Shown piece after piece: positions 13,511 to 25,900 of a stretch of DNA of 64,000 nt (its first letter is position 1; each line of letters starts with the position of its first letter). The notes below the pieces were generated by a model. It was not told the DNA's origin. It made no database searches and worked only from the letters and a program-made list of their open reading frames with translations. The stretch is taken from contig CATNEN010000001.1 in assembly GCA_950097015.1 (NCBI GenBank), positions 6,448,001 to 6,512,000 on the forward strand, in the 5' to 3' direction. Made by a program: the position numbers and the translations under genes. This stretch comes from Macrostomum hystrix. Lineage: Eukaryota > Animalia > Platyhelminthes.

Positions 13511-15030
13511 ATAAAAAGTATATCAGTAAACATGTAGTACTATAACTATTTGTATGGGATAGCTCACAATGCAAATTATCTATACTGAGTAGTCGTATGT
13601 TCGTATATTTTTCCATGCGTGGATTTTTGGCGTTAATTAAAAATTTGCAAAGGTTGCTGCGTGCCGCGGTAAAAATTCACATGCTTAGCTAACTTTTGAT
13701 TTATCTACCTTTTGAATAAGTTATTAAAATATAATTGTTTTTTTGCATACAACTGTTAAGACAAGCCTAACCCAACCCATTATTATATACTTAGTGTTCT
13801 CGCAGGCAGTTACATTAATATCGTAGGTAGGCGCCACCGCCATCCTAGCTAATATATATGATATTATTTTGCCAATATTAATAAGGTTGACTTCGTTTAC
13901 GTGAAACAAGTTTGCATGGTATTATTTATTTCGGGGCAATTTTAAACATCTGTAAAAATTTGGCATTGTTTACAAGCATAATTTTTTCTGTTCTTTATTT
14001 TTTGCAGTGTTTTTATACTTATAGGCCTAGGCCTAGTCTTAGGCCTAACTGTGCTAGTAGAGATATACTAGGTCTAGGCCTGGCCTAGGCCTATTTATAA
14101 GGCATCAATGGGGTGATATGCAGAGGAGGCACTTTGATGTGGATGTTGGGGCTGCTGGGGGACACTATGCGGAATGCGGGGGTGCCAATTAGAAAGATAA
14201 AAATTTTGGGTGGGGGCTAAAGCCATTTAGCCTGGGTGTCAATCATTTTGTATTTTTGGCTACAATGTACAAGTTAATCTGGTCAAAGCCTATTCAGCAA
14301 GAAACTAATTTGGCAACAGACCATTTGGTGTGGTGACTAAAAATAATTGTGGCAAAAATGCTTGAAAAGAATTAAATTCTAGAATTCTAGCATAGGACTA
14401 TATTGTTACACCTTGACCTTAGTAGGCTACTTTAGAGTCTAAAGATTAAAATAGGCACATTTGACATTTCTTAAGGGCTGTGTCCATGCTGCTCATCATT
14501 TACTGAAATTATTTATATGGCCTATAATAAATTTTAGCACCATGTTTGAGTGTTTAGGAAATCAGTAGTTTTGACATTATTGATTGTTTTGTTGTGTATG
14601 GGTAATTTTATTTAAAACAAAACGAGACCCAGATATTATATTTTTCCTGTAAGACTAACTTTGCATTTGCATTCAATAGTTATATCTGCTACAATTAATG
14701 GTTCTTTCATACCTGGCCACTGTATTGTCATCAAATGGGATTGAAGTGTACATTTATTTCATGATTGCATTTATACATATAAAATAAAATATACAATATA
14801 TGTTTTTGACTTGTTTGATGACAGTGTGAATGAGTATTGAAACTTAAAGCCCTTAAAGCCTTTGTTTGAATGATTATTAAATAAAAACAGGAAAGTACAT
14901 TAAAACTATAATAGGCCTACTTTACTTTTTATTACCAAAATTAGTAGTTGCTTATCAGACATGTCACTGCATTGGCATTTGCCAAATTAACCTGTCACTA
15001 AGTTAACTAGAAGCCCTAGCCCATACATGT

Positions 15031-15355
15031 CATAACATGTGTAGCACCTAGCCAACCTGGCCAAATCAGCCAGATGAAATGAGGGCCAAGCAAAGTAAGT
15101 GACTAAAATCAACTGACTAAAGGTAAAAAATCAAAGGGGGTACAAGGGAGAAAAAGGGAAAAAAGAAAGCAGAAGGAAAGAGAAAACAGAGAAAGAGAAG
15201 AGAAGAACACAGAAGATAGATATGAAATTTGGGATAAAGAAATGTGTGTTAAGTGTAATTAGAGCAAAAAAACAAGCTAAGTCACAACTAAGTCACAGAG
15301 ATAGGAAAGCTAAGTTGCAGAGGAGGGATAAGGAGGTGGGGGGAAATGAAGTCAT
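15031..15355. mobile_element. Old, CpG-decayed copy of the same MITE family as 15364-15643 (host of the younger insertion)
   Basis: 15031-15160 aligns to the reverse complement of 15515-15643. Confidence 0.7.
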
Positions 15356-15363
15356 AGTTGAGG

Positions 15364-15643
15364 CATACATGCGCAACCTCCCAAATCTTAGCCGGCCATG
15401 CGACTTAGTTTTTGCTCTCATTTGCAACTTAGTTCGTTTCATTGCTCTATTTATGACTTAGTTTGCTCTCATTTGCTCTCTTTTTCTCTCCCCTTTTTCC
15501 TTTTCTTCACGCCTTCCTTTTTTGTCCCTTGGTCCCCCCTCTGATTTTTTGCGCTTGGTCTATTGGTTTTTGCGACTTACCTTGCTTGGCCCTCGTTTCA
15601 CCCGGCCAGTTCGGCCGGGTCGGCCGGGTGTTGCGCATGTATG
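15364..15643. mobile_element. Young 280-bp MITE, 14-bp perfect TIR CATACATGCGCAAC, 8-bp TSD AGTTGAGG (hAT or P superfamily)
   Basis: TSD at 15356-15363 and 15644-15651; TIRs at both ends. Confidence 0.9.
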
Positions 15644-16616
15644 AGTTGAGGGAAAACTAAGTTGCAGTTTAGGGAAAACCTAAGTTGTAGATTTAAGAAT
15701 AATCTTTGTTCTTCAAAGAAAGGCAAAAATAATTACAATTTAGTTTTACAAAGTAACTAAGTATACACTAAAGTACAATTTTCTACAATGTTGTTTGTTT
15801 TTTGGTTTTAATTGCAACAAAATTTTTAAAAAATTATTTGGTCTAATTTTCACATTCCTATCTTCTCTGTTTTTCTTCTATTCTGCTCTCTCTGCTTTTT
15901 TATTTCTCATGCTGATTTTCTTTTCTTTCTCTACTACTTGGTTTTTATTCTTCTGTTCTTCTCTTTTCCTTTCATTTCTTTCTCATATCTTATATGTTTT
16001 CTTCTTTTTCTATTCTTACCTTGTTTTAATTCTCTTTTTCTCTTTCTGTTGTTTTTCTTTTTCTCTTCTACTCTCTGTTTTTCTTCTTTTTCTCTTCTAC
16101 TCTTTCGTTTTCTTCATTTCTACTGTCTTTCTTTATCTTTGTCTCTCTATGCCTGTCTTCTCATTTGAGTCAAAACAAAGTCGCAGATAAGTGAAAACTA
16201 AGTCATAAATTAAAAAAGACAATAACCCAGTAAGTTTGCTAACTTCCTAAAATAGGGTAAGCTGTTCTCCAGTCCCTTTTGGGTTTAGTAGACTTCCCTC
16301 TAAGGTGTCGATTTTTCCAAATCTGAAATATTTAGACATATTTTGACATGTAATGATTTCATCTCAATGTTCAATCAGATCTCAAATCAATGCACAGTAT
16401 GGAGCTTTGATGTACATGTAACTTTACAGTCATATTATTTAAAAAATATAATTGCACCTTTCCACAATTGTATGCCACAGCTCACATGCAAAAAATTCTA
16501 ATATGGATATTAAAATCGGTTTCCAGATTCTTATTCAACAATGCTTAATTAAAAGTATATTAAAAATAAATTTGCGCTTTGTTGACTTATCAATGCTAAA
16601 TTTGGGTTAAGTCATA

Positions 16617-19600
16617 ATGTCCTACTATGGCAATCGAGGTAGAGGTGCCTTTGGCAGTCGTCATCCTCCAGATCCGCGATATTATTATCAAAGAGGTGGA
16701 CTCTTTCATGGACATGGTGGCAGCCCGCAACAGTATCTGCGACATCAGCAGCAGCAGCAACTACCGCAAAGACAGCATCATCAGCAATGGCAGCCGCAGC
16801 AGCCACCTCTGATGGAGATCGAAAGAGACAATCGAATTCATGTTGCTCCAACTGGCTTAAACGTTGCTGCTTCTCGTCCTGTTGGACAGCAGCAACAGAA
16901 GACTAATTCTAGAGTCTCGGAAGAAGCCGCGGTAGTTAGCCTGCTAACTGCTAGTTCGACATCGCCTAGTAGAGTGCTTAATCTGGCTAATAGCGGCGCC
17001 AAAACTAGAAAGGAGATGCGTATCTGGAAGGACATTGTTAGCAGTGGCAGCGGAACCGCACCAAGTCGGGTGTGTATTAAAACAAAATTTCATTTCAGTG
17101 TTTTTGGTTCATTATTGATGAGTCATCTTTTTTAGCCATAGAAGTATTTTAGTCCTTGGGTTTTGAAGTTTAGTCTTCTTCAGTTCACCCAGTTGTAGCT
17201 AAAATGAATCCAATCATTAGGTCGGCTAGATATGAAGATGGGTGTTGTGTTCAGTCCACGGACTGTACAGCTGTACGCAGCCTTGAACAGCTGGAAGCCC
17301 CGCCTAATAGTTGCTGCTTTACCACTAGTTGTACTGCATCTGGCCCAAAATGGGCTTATAGGTGTAGTTTCTGCCTATCTATCGGGGTTGGCAATTTTGC
17401 ATAATTTACCGAATGGAGGTATACGAAAGACAACAACGGCTTGCATTGTCTATGAAAGAGATGAGACAGGGTCGACATAATACTGAGGAGAGATGAGGCA
17501 CGTGGACAGATAAGATAGGAGAGAGATAAGACTGAGGAGCGACGATACAGGGGATTGATGTGACAGGAGTGTGATAAGACACGGTAGACATAAGACGGGG
17601 AAGATAAGAAAAGGTAGGGATGACATACGGAGAGATAAAGCACTGGAGAGAGGTGAGACACGGGAGAGAGGTGAGACACGGGAGAGAGGTGAGACACGGG
17701 AGAGAGGTGAGACACGGGAGAGATAAGACAAGTTATAGATGATACACGGGAGAGATAAGCCACGGGAGAGATGAAGCACGAGAAAGATGAGACATGGGAG
17801 AGATAAGACAGGTTAGAGATGAGACACGGGAGCGATAAGACAGGTTAGAGATGAGGCACGGGAGCGATAAGACAGGTTAGAGATGAGGCACGGGAGCGAT
17901 AAGACAGGTTAGAGATGAGACACGGGAGCGATAAGACAGGTTAGAGATGAGGCACGGGAGAGATTAGACAGGTTAGAGATGAGACACGGGAGAGATTAGA
18001 CAGGTTAGAGATGAGACACGGGAGAGATGAAGCACGGGAGAGATAAGACAGGTTAGAGATGAGACACGGGAGCGATAAGACAGGTTAGAGATAAGATACG
18101 GGAGAGATGAGACACGGGAGAGATGAAGCACGGGAGAGATAAGACAGGTTACAGATGAGACATGGGAGAGATAAGACAGGTTAGAGATGAGGCACGAGAG
18201 AGATAAGACAGATTAGGGATGAGACGGGACAGATCGAGTAGGGGTTGAAAGGTGCAAAGTTAAGAGCCCTGAGGCGCCGCATCTGGTTCCACTGAAACCT
18301 GCGCTATCTGTACTGTCTTTGCAAACCCACCCGGCAGTCAAATGGATCCCGATCAAAGCGACCCGATCCGCGAGGCGAGGATGAGACGGTCGAGACTCAA
18401 CAGCCGGCAGCGCCATCGACATCTGCCACGTCGAGTTCTAGTGCTTCAACATCCGGTCCCGCCTTGCCGGTTGTTGTCGATACGAAAGCTGCCGAAGTGA
18501 AGCCGATTCCGCAGCCAAGTTTGGCTGTGCAAAGAATGCAATTGGCATTGGAATTGTCTCTTCAAGAAGAACAAGTAGATCTTGAATTAGAAAACCAGAA
18601 AACTGAGTTGATTGGGCTGAAGCAGCGCTTGTTGGAGATGCAGAAACTTGTGGATGCGAAAGAGAATGACATTAAAAAGGTAGGCAATTCTTGTGTGCCC
18701 TAATTAATTTATTGAACAAAAACAATTCAAATTAGCCTAGTTAATAATTGACGGGGACTTTATTTTGAAAGACAGTCGAAGAGAAAGTAGTATAGAAAGA
18801 GTATTAGAAATTCAGTTTTATAGATCGTAAAACCTTGAAATCACCGCCTATTTACATTTTATCTCGCAATGCCTACAATTTAAGATTTTGGGAGTGTAAG
18901 TACGAGTACAAATGGCTGCTGATTTGTTGCGTATAGTTGTAGTTTTCTATTTATATATTTATTCGCAAAGAAAACCCTTAGTGAAACGAACGAACCACGT
19001 TTTTTTTTAATTTCTTTTTATTCATTTCTGTTTTATTTAGAACCTCGTTACTATTTTTTACACTTTAGTTAACGGAGAAAAAGACTGAACTTACTACTAA
19101 ACGATTGGCCATCTTAAAAGGTAGGTCTGTTTGTTTTACTCGTACGCGTCTGTTTTGTATTTTTTTATTATTATCTTAGTTCAGTTTTCAACTCTCGTCA
19201 TAGTCAGTGTCGAAGGTGTCGATGTTAGGCCTGCATTGTTAAGATCGCCGCCACCTGTACCAATGCCTACATTTGTAGTAGCAGTACTAATAGGTGAAAC
19301 TATTGATATTCGACTGCTGTTGCGTCGAACCACTGTACTATCGGCGCTGCGGCTGCCGCTGCCGCTGCCGCTGCTTACTCCGCCGATGCCTCGGACGCCG
19401 CTGCCGCTAAAACTACTCCTTGGCGATGGCGTTGTCGCATTTCCAGCTAATCTACTAGCTGTAGTTGCCGCCCTACTCGACGGTCTAGACCACATCTGAT
19501 TGATTTGATTTAATTCGGCCTGTGTACTGCGCCAGATAAAACCGCGACTAGCCAACTGATAGACTAGAATAGCCAATCCTAGCGATAGCAGTAGGAATCC

Positions 19601-22223
19601 AACTACAAAGATTAGTGCTAGACCGCCTACTGATAAGTAGCCAGTAGCGTATTGTGCAGAATCTATAGTTGCCAGCTCTGTTGGAGATTTAGTTTCGGAA
19701 GATTGCTGCTCGCTGGATGACATAGTGGTTGTATTGTAACTTTTTTCGTCTAGTTCAGCTGAATTTATCATTCGGTTAGATGCAGTTTTAACAATGCTAA
19801 AAATCAACTACGTCCTGAAATGCGAAATTAAGTTTGTGACGCTCTTTAATGTTTTTGAAAGATTTAAGACAGCCACGGATGCATGCATTTAAAATCAACT
19901 GGGCTTGTTATTTAATCTGTAGTCAAGTGTATACTGTACTTGTTCTGTATAGTACTGTACTTGTTCTGTATAGTACTGTACTTGTTCTGTATAGTACTGT
20001 ACTTGTTCTGTATAGTACTGTACTTGTTCTGTATAGTACTGTACTTGTTCTGTATAGTACTGCACTTGTTCTGTATAGTACTGTACTTGTTCTGTATAGT
20101 ACTGCACTTGTTCTGTATAGTACTGTACTTGTTCTGTATAGTACTGTACTTGTTCTGTACTGTACTGTACTTGTTCTGTATAGTACTGTACTTGTTCTGT
20201 ACTGTACTGTACTTGTTCTGTATAGTACTGTACTTGTTCTGTACTTTAAGACAGCCATTAATAAGTAAAAAAGTTGTACATGCTAAATTGCGTTAGATTA
20301 TTGAACATAGAAAACTAAAAAACGACGTTTACAATTAAGAAAAAAAACTTTGCTAAACTTAACTTACGATAAGTTTCAGTGCTGATTATTCGATGCTTAA
20401 GATATGGCTTGCTAGTCCGATTAAAACAGATCTCTCGTGTGTTTCATTGCGCGTGTATATATATAATTCTATTTTGGGATTGCGTCACTCCCTTCTGTGG
20501 ATCGTGATTAAGTAATAAAACAAAGAATTGTATTCGTGAAATCAGCTGACGAATCCCATCTGTCCTGGAACTGCGCCATTGTATTGAAACCCCTCGGTTC
20601 GCATAGACTACCTCATTTAGCAATTAGTTATATAAAATAAGTTGCCTAGAATGCATTTATCTTCGTTATAGTTCTAAATATTGTCTAACAATTAGTGAAC
20701 CTGTGTCATTGCTTTTTTCCTGAACCGTTAATTTTAGATGCAGTTAGTTAATTCCTAGAATGGAAAAGTCTCAATAGGGGCAGCATTATTATTTCATTAT
20801 AGACGATAAGATCAACTCAAATCAAACGACTACAAATAACTCTTACAGGTAACTTGATTGATAACTGTATTAATTAAATATATATTTTAAAATGAGAATA
20901 AGGCAGTTTCTATACAATAACAAGTTAATAAGTTTAATAAGTTAAACTCAACTGGATATTTCATAAATTTCTTAGAAAGCGTCTCAGCTCCCGTCGAGGA
21001 ACTGTCGCCGTCGCCGTCACCTTCGCCGCCGCCCGCGCTGCCGCCGCAGCTGCCGCCGCCCAAGGCGGTGAAGCCCTCCGTTGACGCCAGTTCGGGCGCA
21101 GCGACAGAAGCGGACCCGGACACAGTTGAAGCCATTCGTCGCATCATCCAGTCTGAATGCTCCAAAGAGTTAACCTTCGCCGATATGGATCGCCTTCTAG
21201 CTGAAGAGATGCGACGGAAGCGGCCAGATCTGAAAGTCGACGACGACGACAATGACATCGAAATGATTGATGAAACAGTGACCCAACCCTTGGCAAAACG
21301 ACCGAGAACATTGTCTGCTTCCGATAGGCAATCAGATAGTGGAAATTCATCGTCTGCTTTTGCTTCTGTTGCTCGCTCATTGCAGGCTGCTGCATCTGCA
21401 ACTAGTACTACTGTTGCTAGTAGTGTCAGACATCCTGCTATTAAATCTGAGCGTACCGATTTAAGCACTCAGAGTACAGCAACTATTGACAAAAAAGTGA
21501 AGCAGAATGAGAATAAGTTGACGGCTAAACAGAAGACTGATCATGGAAAATCAAGTGCTTCGACATCGAAAAATCGGTAAGCACGAGCTCGTTTTGTTTG
21601 TCAGACTGTTTTGTGTAATGATTTTAGGGCTGTTTGTGTAATGATTTTAGGGCTGTTTGTGTAATGATTTTAGGGCTTTTTTGTGTAATGATTTTAGGGC
21701 TGTTTGTGTAATGATTTTAGGGCTGTTTTGTGTAATGATTTTAGGGCTGTTTGTGTAATGATTTTAGGGCTGTTTGTGTAATGATTTTAGGGCTGTTTGT
21801 GTAATGATTTTAGGGCTGTTTTGTGTAATGATTTTAGAGCTGTTTGTGTAATGATTTTAGGGCTGTTTTGTGTAATGATTTTAGGGCTGTTTGTGTAATG
21901 ATTTTAGGGCTGTTTGTGTAATGATTTTAGGGCTGTTTGTGTAATGATTTTAGGGCTGTTTGTGTAATGATTTTAGGGCTGTTTGTGTAATGATTTTAGG
22001 GCTGTTTGTGTAATGATTTTAGGGCTATTTGTGTAATATTTTAGGGGCTGTTTCAAGTATGATTTAGGGGCTGTTTTTGTGGTGACTGAGCGACAGATTT
22101 TACAGAAGAAATTAAGATTTTTGTTCTATTTAAGTTGTTTTGTTAAAAATGATTTCGAAACAGTTTTTCACGCGGATTAATTTAACAATTAACTTACCTG
22201 AATATACATACAACAGCCAACGA

Positions 22224-22256
<33 letters not shown>

Positions 22257-24474
22257 GACAGCGATAGCGAAGCCGCTGTCAAAGCCAGAACAGCGCCGCG
22301 TCAGCCATCACTAAGTCTCGCCCAGCAGCGAGAGCGGAATCGCCTGGAAGAATCGGCCCCAACTAGCAGCATGGCCCTGCCTGGCCATTTCTCCGCTCAC
22401 GAATCCGAGCAGATTCTGTGCGCCACTATAACAAACGGATTCTTATTCACTGGCTCAGTTGATGGCACAGCTAAACGATTCTCAATGCAGACTCACGAAT
22501 GCTTGAACACTTATAGACGCGGTGGCGGTAGCTCTACTTCTGCTGGCAATGCGAATTGTCGCATCAACTGTGTAGTGGTGACAAATCGCGGTTGCGTTGT
22601 CGACGTATTTAGAGTCTATAGCGGCGGCTCCGACTCCGTGCTATCAGTGCACAATAGTAGGACTGGCGATCTATTGAAGCGTTGCAGCCTAGATTCACAC
22701 CTGTGGACAGCTTTCTACAGGTGGGATTCTATCTTTCTTGGCTTAGGCAGCGGCAGAGTTTGCAAATACGATCTAAATAGCAGCACCTTGATGCAGGGCT
22801 GGATTGGTTGCGAAGGCCCCGTCTCTAGTTTGGCTGTCACTGTTGCCGAAGGTCGGCGCGTGGTACTTGTCGGTTGTCAGGCTGAAAAACTCGTAATTGT
22901 CAGGTGAGAATTGCCTAGAATATGTGTAGTCTACGGCCACCACTGCTCCTTGGGTCTTTTAGGGGATTGTCACAGGTCCCAAAGTCTATTAGAATGTATC
23001 CTCAACTGCCTAAGTCTATTAGAATGTATCCTGAACTGCCAAAGTCTATCAGAATGTATCCTCAACTGCCAAAGTCTATCAGAATGTATCCTCAACTGCC
23101 AAAGTCTATCAGAATGTATCCTCAACTGCCAAAGTCTATCAGAATGTATCCTCAACTGCCAAAGTCTATCAGAATGTATCCTCAACTGCCAAAGTCTATC
23201 AGAATGTATCCTCAACTGCCAAAGTCTATCAGAATGTATCCTCAACTGCCAAAGTCTATCAGAATGTATCCTCAACTGCCAAAGTCTATCAGAATGTATC
23301 CTCAACTGCCAAAGTCTATCAGAATGTATCCTCAACTGCCAAAGTCTATCAGAATGTATCCTCAACTGCCAAAGTATATCAGAATGTATCCTGAACTGCC
23401 AAAGTCTATCAGAATGTATCCTCAACTGCCAAAGTCTATCAGAATGTATCCTGAACTGCCAAAGTCTATCAGAATGTATCCTCAACTGCCAAAGTCTATC
23501 AGAATGTATCCTGAACTGCCAAAGTCTATCAGAATGTATCCTCAACTGCCAAAGTCTATCAGAATGTATCCTCAACTGCCAAAGTCTATCAGAATGTATC
23601 CTCAACTGCCAAAGTCCATCAGAATGTATCCTCAACTGCGAAAGTCTATCAGAATGTATCCTCAACTGCCAAAGTCTATCAGAATGTATCCTCAACTGCC
23701 AAAGTCTATTAGAATGTATCCTCAACTGCCAAAGTCTATCAGAATGTATCCTCAACTTCCAAAGTCTATCAGAATGTATCCTCACCCATTAAAAATCTAC
23801 AATCCAGAGACGAGAGTAGCGGCATTCTACTATTCAACATCAAGCAGCCGAGTCCGCCTGTAGCTGTCCGCGCCCCATGCTTTGGCAGTCACGTGTTCTG
23901 CCTAACCAACTGGTCCTTGCAAACTTATCACTCGGCCAAGTGGGACTCGCCTATTGGTCAGTTTCGCTCCGATGTCACTGGGTCTCCCAGCGTTGATCTG
24001 CGCCTGATGAGTTTGCACGCCAGCCTTCGCGGCACCTGGCTGTTCATCGGCTGCTCAGACGGCTCCGTGCGCTGCCACCGTCTGGAATTTGGCTCGTCTG
24101 CGGATAACTTTCGCCACCTAGTAGTGTGGGCTAGTCCCGGTAGAAATAGTGTCACGGCTGTGGAATTTTTCGAGTCGGCTCGGTGCCTGATTGCCTGCGA
24201 TAGTAGCGGCTGCGTCAGTATTGTCCAACTGCCTCGGCTGAACAGTCGTGTCCAAGCCTGCAACTGGGCCGGCTGCAATCTGGCATTCCTCGACATCGAC
24301 CAGCTCATGGATCACCTGCGTCGGGCTCACGGTGCGACAGAAGCCAACACAGCCAATAATAAGTGCCAATGGCTTAAATGCTCTAAAACTTTGAAAACCA
24401 GCGACCCCGCTGCAACTGAGAAGCACCTTAGATGGCATTGCAACTCTTCATCTATTGATTTGGCCAAACTATAG
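16617..24474 (+). CDS. ZNF106: Zinc finger protein 106 homologue (coiled coil, C-terminal WD40 repeats, two terminal C2H2 fingers), 6 exons, ~933 aa
   Basis: Exons 16617-17069, 18338-18679, 19069-19120, 20976-21576, 22217-22903, 23808-24474 are phase-consistent (2802 nt). WD motifs FLFTGSVDGTAKRF, VYSGGSDSVL, LFIGCSDGSVR; fingers CNWAGCNLAF..LMDHLRRAH and CQWLKC..EKHLRWH; coiled coil LELSLQEEQ...KRLAILK. This domain order matches ZNF106. Confidence 0.82.
17175..17295 (+). mobile_element. Fragment of SINE family A
   Basis: cttcagttcacccag and cagtccacggactgtacagctgtacgcagcctt match the 45.7 kb and 13.2 kb copies. Confidence 0.6.
17642..18215. repeat. Intronic purine-rich minisatellite (18-bp gagaggtgagacacggga and 32-bp gagatgagacacgggagcgataagacaggtta units)
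   Basis: Direct reading. Confidence 0.9.
19181..19771 (-). CDS. Single-pass membrane protein with Ser/Gly-rich tail, nested antisense in ZNF106 intron 3
   Basis: Non-repetitive ORF from ATG 19771 (MINSAELDEK); hydrophobic segment LSVGGLALIFVVGFLLLSLGLAILVY; lies wholly within intron 19121-20975. Confidence 0.65.
   Translation of the reverse strand: MINSAELDEKSYNTTTMSSSEQQSSETKSPTELATIDSAQYATGYLSVGGLALIFVVGFLLLSLGLAILVYQLASRGFIWRSTQAELNQINQMWSRPSSRAATTASRLAGNATTPSPRSSFSGSGVRGIGGVSSGSGSGSRSADSTVVRRNSSRISIVSPISTATTNVGIGTGGGDLNNAGLTSTPSTLTMTRVEN
19930..20245. repeat. 21-bp minisatellite (tagtactgtacttgttctgta), about 15 copies
   Basis: Direct reading. Confidence 0.95.
21607..22075. repeat. Intronic 23/24-bp minisatellite (tgtttgtgtaatgattttagggc)
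   Basis: Direct reading; fills most of ZNF106 intron 4. Confidence 0.95.
22981..23784. repeat. Intronic 30-bp minisatellite (aaagtctatcagaatgtatcctcaactgcc), about 27 copies
   Basis: Two units per 60-nt line; fills ZNF106 intron 5. Confidence 0.97.
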
Positions 24475-24729
24475 GATGGCAAAGATCACGGGGTATTTCA
24501 AATACCCACAGGTTTCGTTTTCCTGTAACTCCCAAAATATTCTTGGATTAATTTAATTGCAGTTTTTTCACCTTTTTTGGAGGAGTAATGTTAGCTGTCA
24601 CAAGGACACTAGCGTCTTCGACTAGACTCGCTGAATATCTAGACAATGCTGACGTCGGACGGTCATTCGGTTTGGTTTGGGAACAATCATGAAGTCTTTG
24701 TTCCCCTGTTAAAGAACAATTTCACTATT

Positions 24730-24935
24730 TGCAGGAGGGCTGCGGGGCAATGGCACTTGATTTTTAACAGTTTTTAACGGGCAGCCAGCGAGCAGACAAT
24801 TCTGTCCATTTTGTGTGTGTCCTGACTTTCTCATCGTCAGACAGTGTACACTCTCACTGTGCCTTGAAGGTTGGCCCTCTATGGTTTAAATTTCACGACA
24901 AGCCTCATAGCTTTGAAGCGTTAGACCGCCTCTCC
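24730..24935 (-). mobile_element. Partial copy of tRNA-derived SINE family B
   Basis: gcaggagggctgcggggcaatggcac...cagccagcgag...ctgactttctcatc...gtgtacactct shared with 42.9 kb and 53.7 kb copies. Confidence 0.75.
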
Positions 24936-25189
24936 TATCTTAATATATTTGTCGGCCTTGAGATCCCAATCCCACTATTGCTTGAATCCTACACCAAAAA
25001 ATGATTTTTTGTATCTTATTTTTTGTCAAAGTTCGCTTTTTTCTCTATGATCATTGTGCTTGATTGGAGTTTTTTGCTGCAACCAGCCTTTCATTTTTTG
25101 ATTATGTCTAACGTACTTTCTGTAGTTATAAGTGATGCTGATGCCGATGGAATATGATTTTGCCAGTTTCCAACTTCTAGATTGATAAT

Positions 25190-25900
25190 CTCATCCCTCA
25201 TCTGGCACTTTATCCCATCTACTGACACTCTAATCCCACCTTCTGACTCTAATCCCATCTCCTGACAGTAATCCCATATCCTGACTCTAATCCCATCTCC
25301 TGACACTAATCCCATCTCCTGACACTAATCCTATCTACTGAAACTCTAATCACACCTTCAGACACTCTAATCCCATCTCCTGACGTTTCAATCCATCCTT
25401 TTGATACTCTCTCCCCATCTCCTGACACTCTAATCCCATCTCCTGACACTCTAATCCCATCTCCTGACACTAATCCCATCTCCTGACACTAATCCCATCT
25501 CCTGACACTCTAATCCCATCTCCTGACACTCTAATCCCATCTCCTGACACTCTAATCCCATCTCCTGACGTTTCAATCCATCCTTTTGATACTCTCTCCC
25601 CATCTCCTGACACTCTAATCCCATCTCCTGACACTCTAATCCCATCTCCTGACACTAATCCCATCTCCTGACACTAATCCCATCTCCTGACACTCTAATC
25701 CCATCTCCTGACACTAATCCCATCTCCTGACACTAATCCTATCTACTGAAACTCTAATCACACCTTCAGACACTCTAATCCCATCTCCTGACGTTTCAAT
25801 CCATCCTTTTAATACTCTCTCCCCATCTCCTGACACTCTAATCCCATCTCCTGACACTAATCCCATCTCCTGACACTCTAATCCCATCTCCTGACACTTG
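25190..25900. repeat. 19/21-bp minisatellite (ctaatcccatctcctgaca[ct]) with higher-order block duplications
   Basis: Direct reading. Confidence 0.93.

Noticed and set aside
15795-16190. Phe/Leu/Ser-rich hydrophobic ORFs
   Set aside because: Translation of a polypyrimidine low-complexity tract.
22911-23863. Repeat ORFs (CQSLSECILN)n, (QLPKSIRMYP)n and the reverse frame
   Set aside because: Stop-free 30-bp minisatellite inside a phase-consistent ZNF106 intron (22904-23807).
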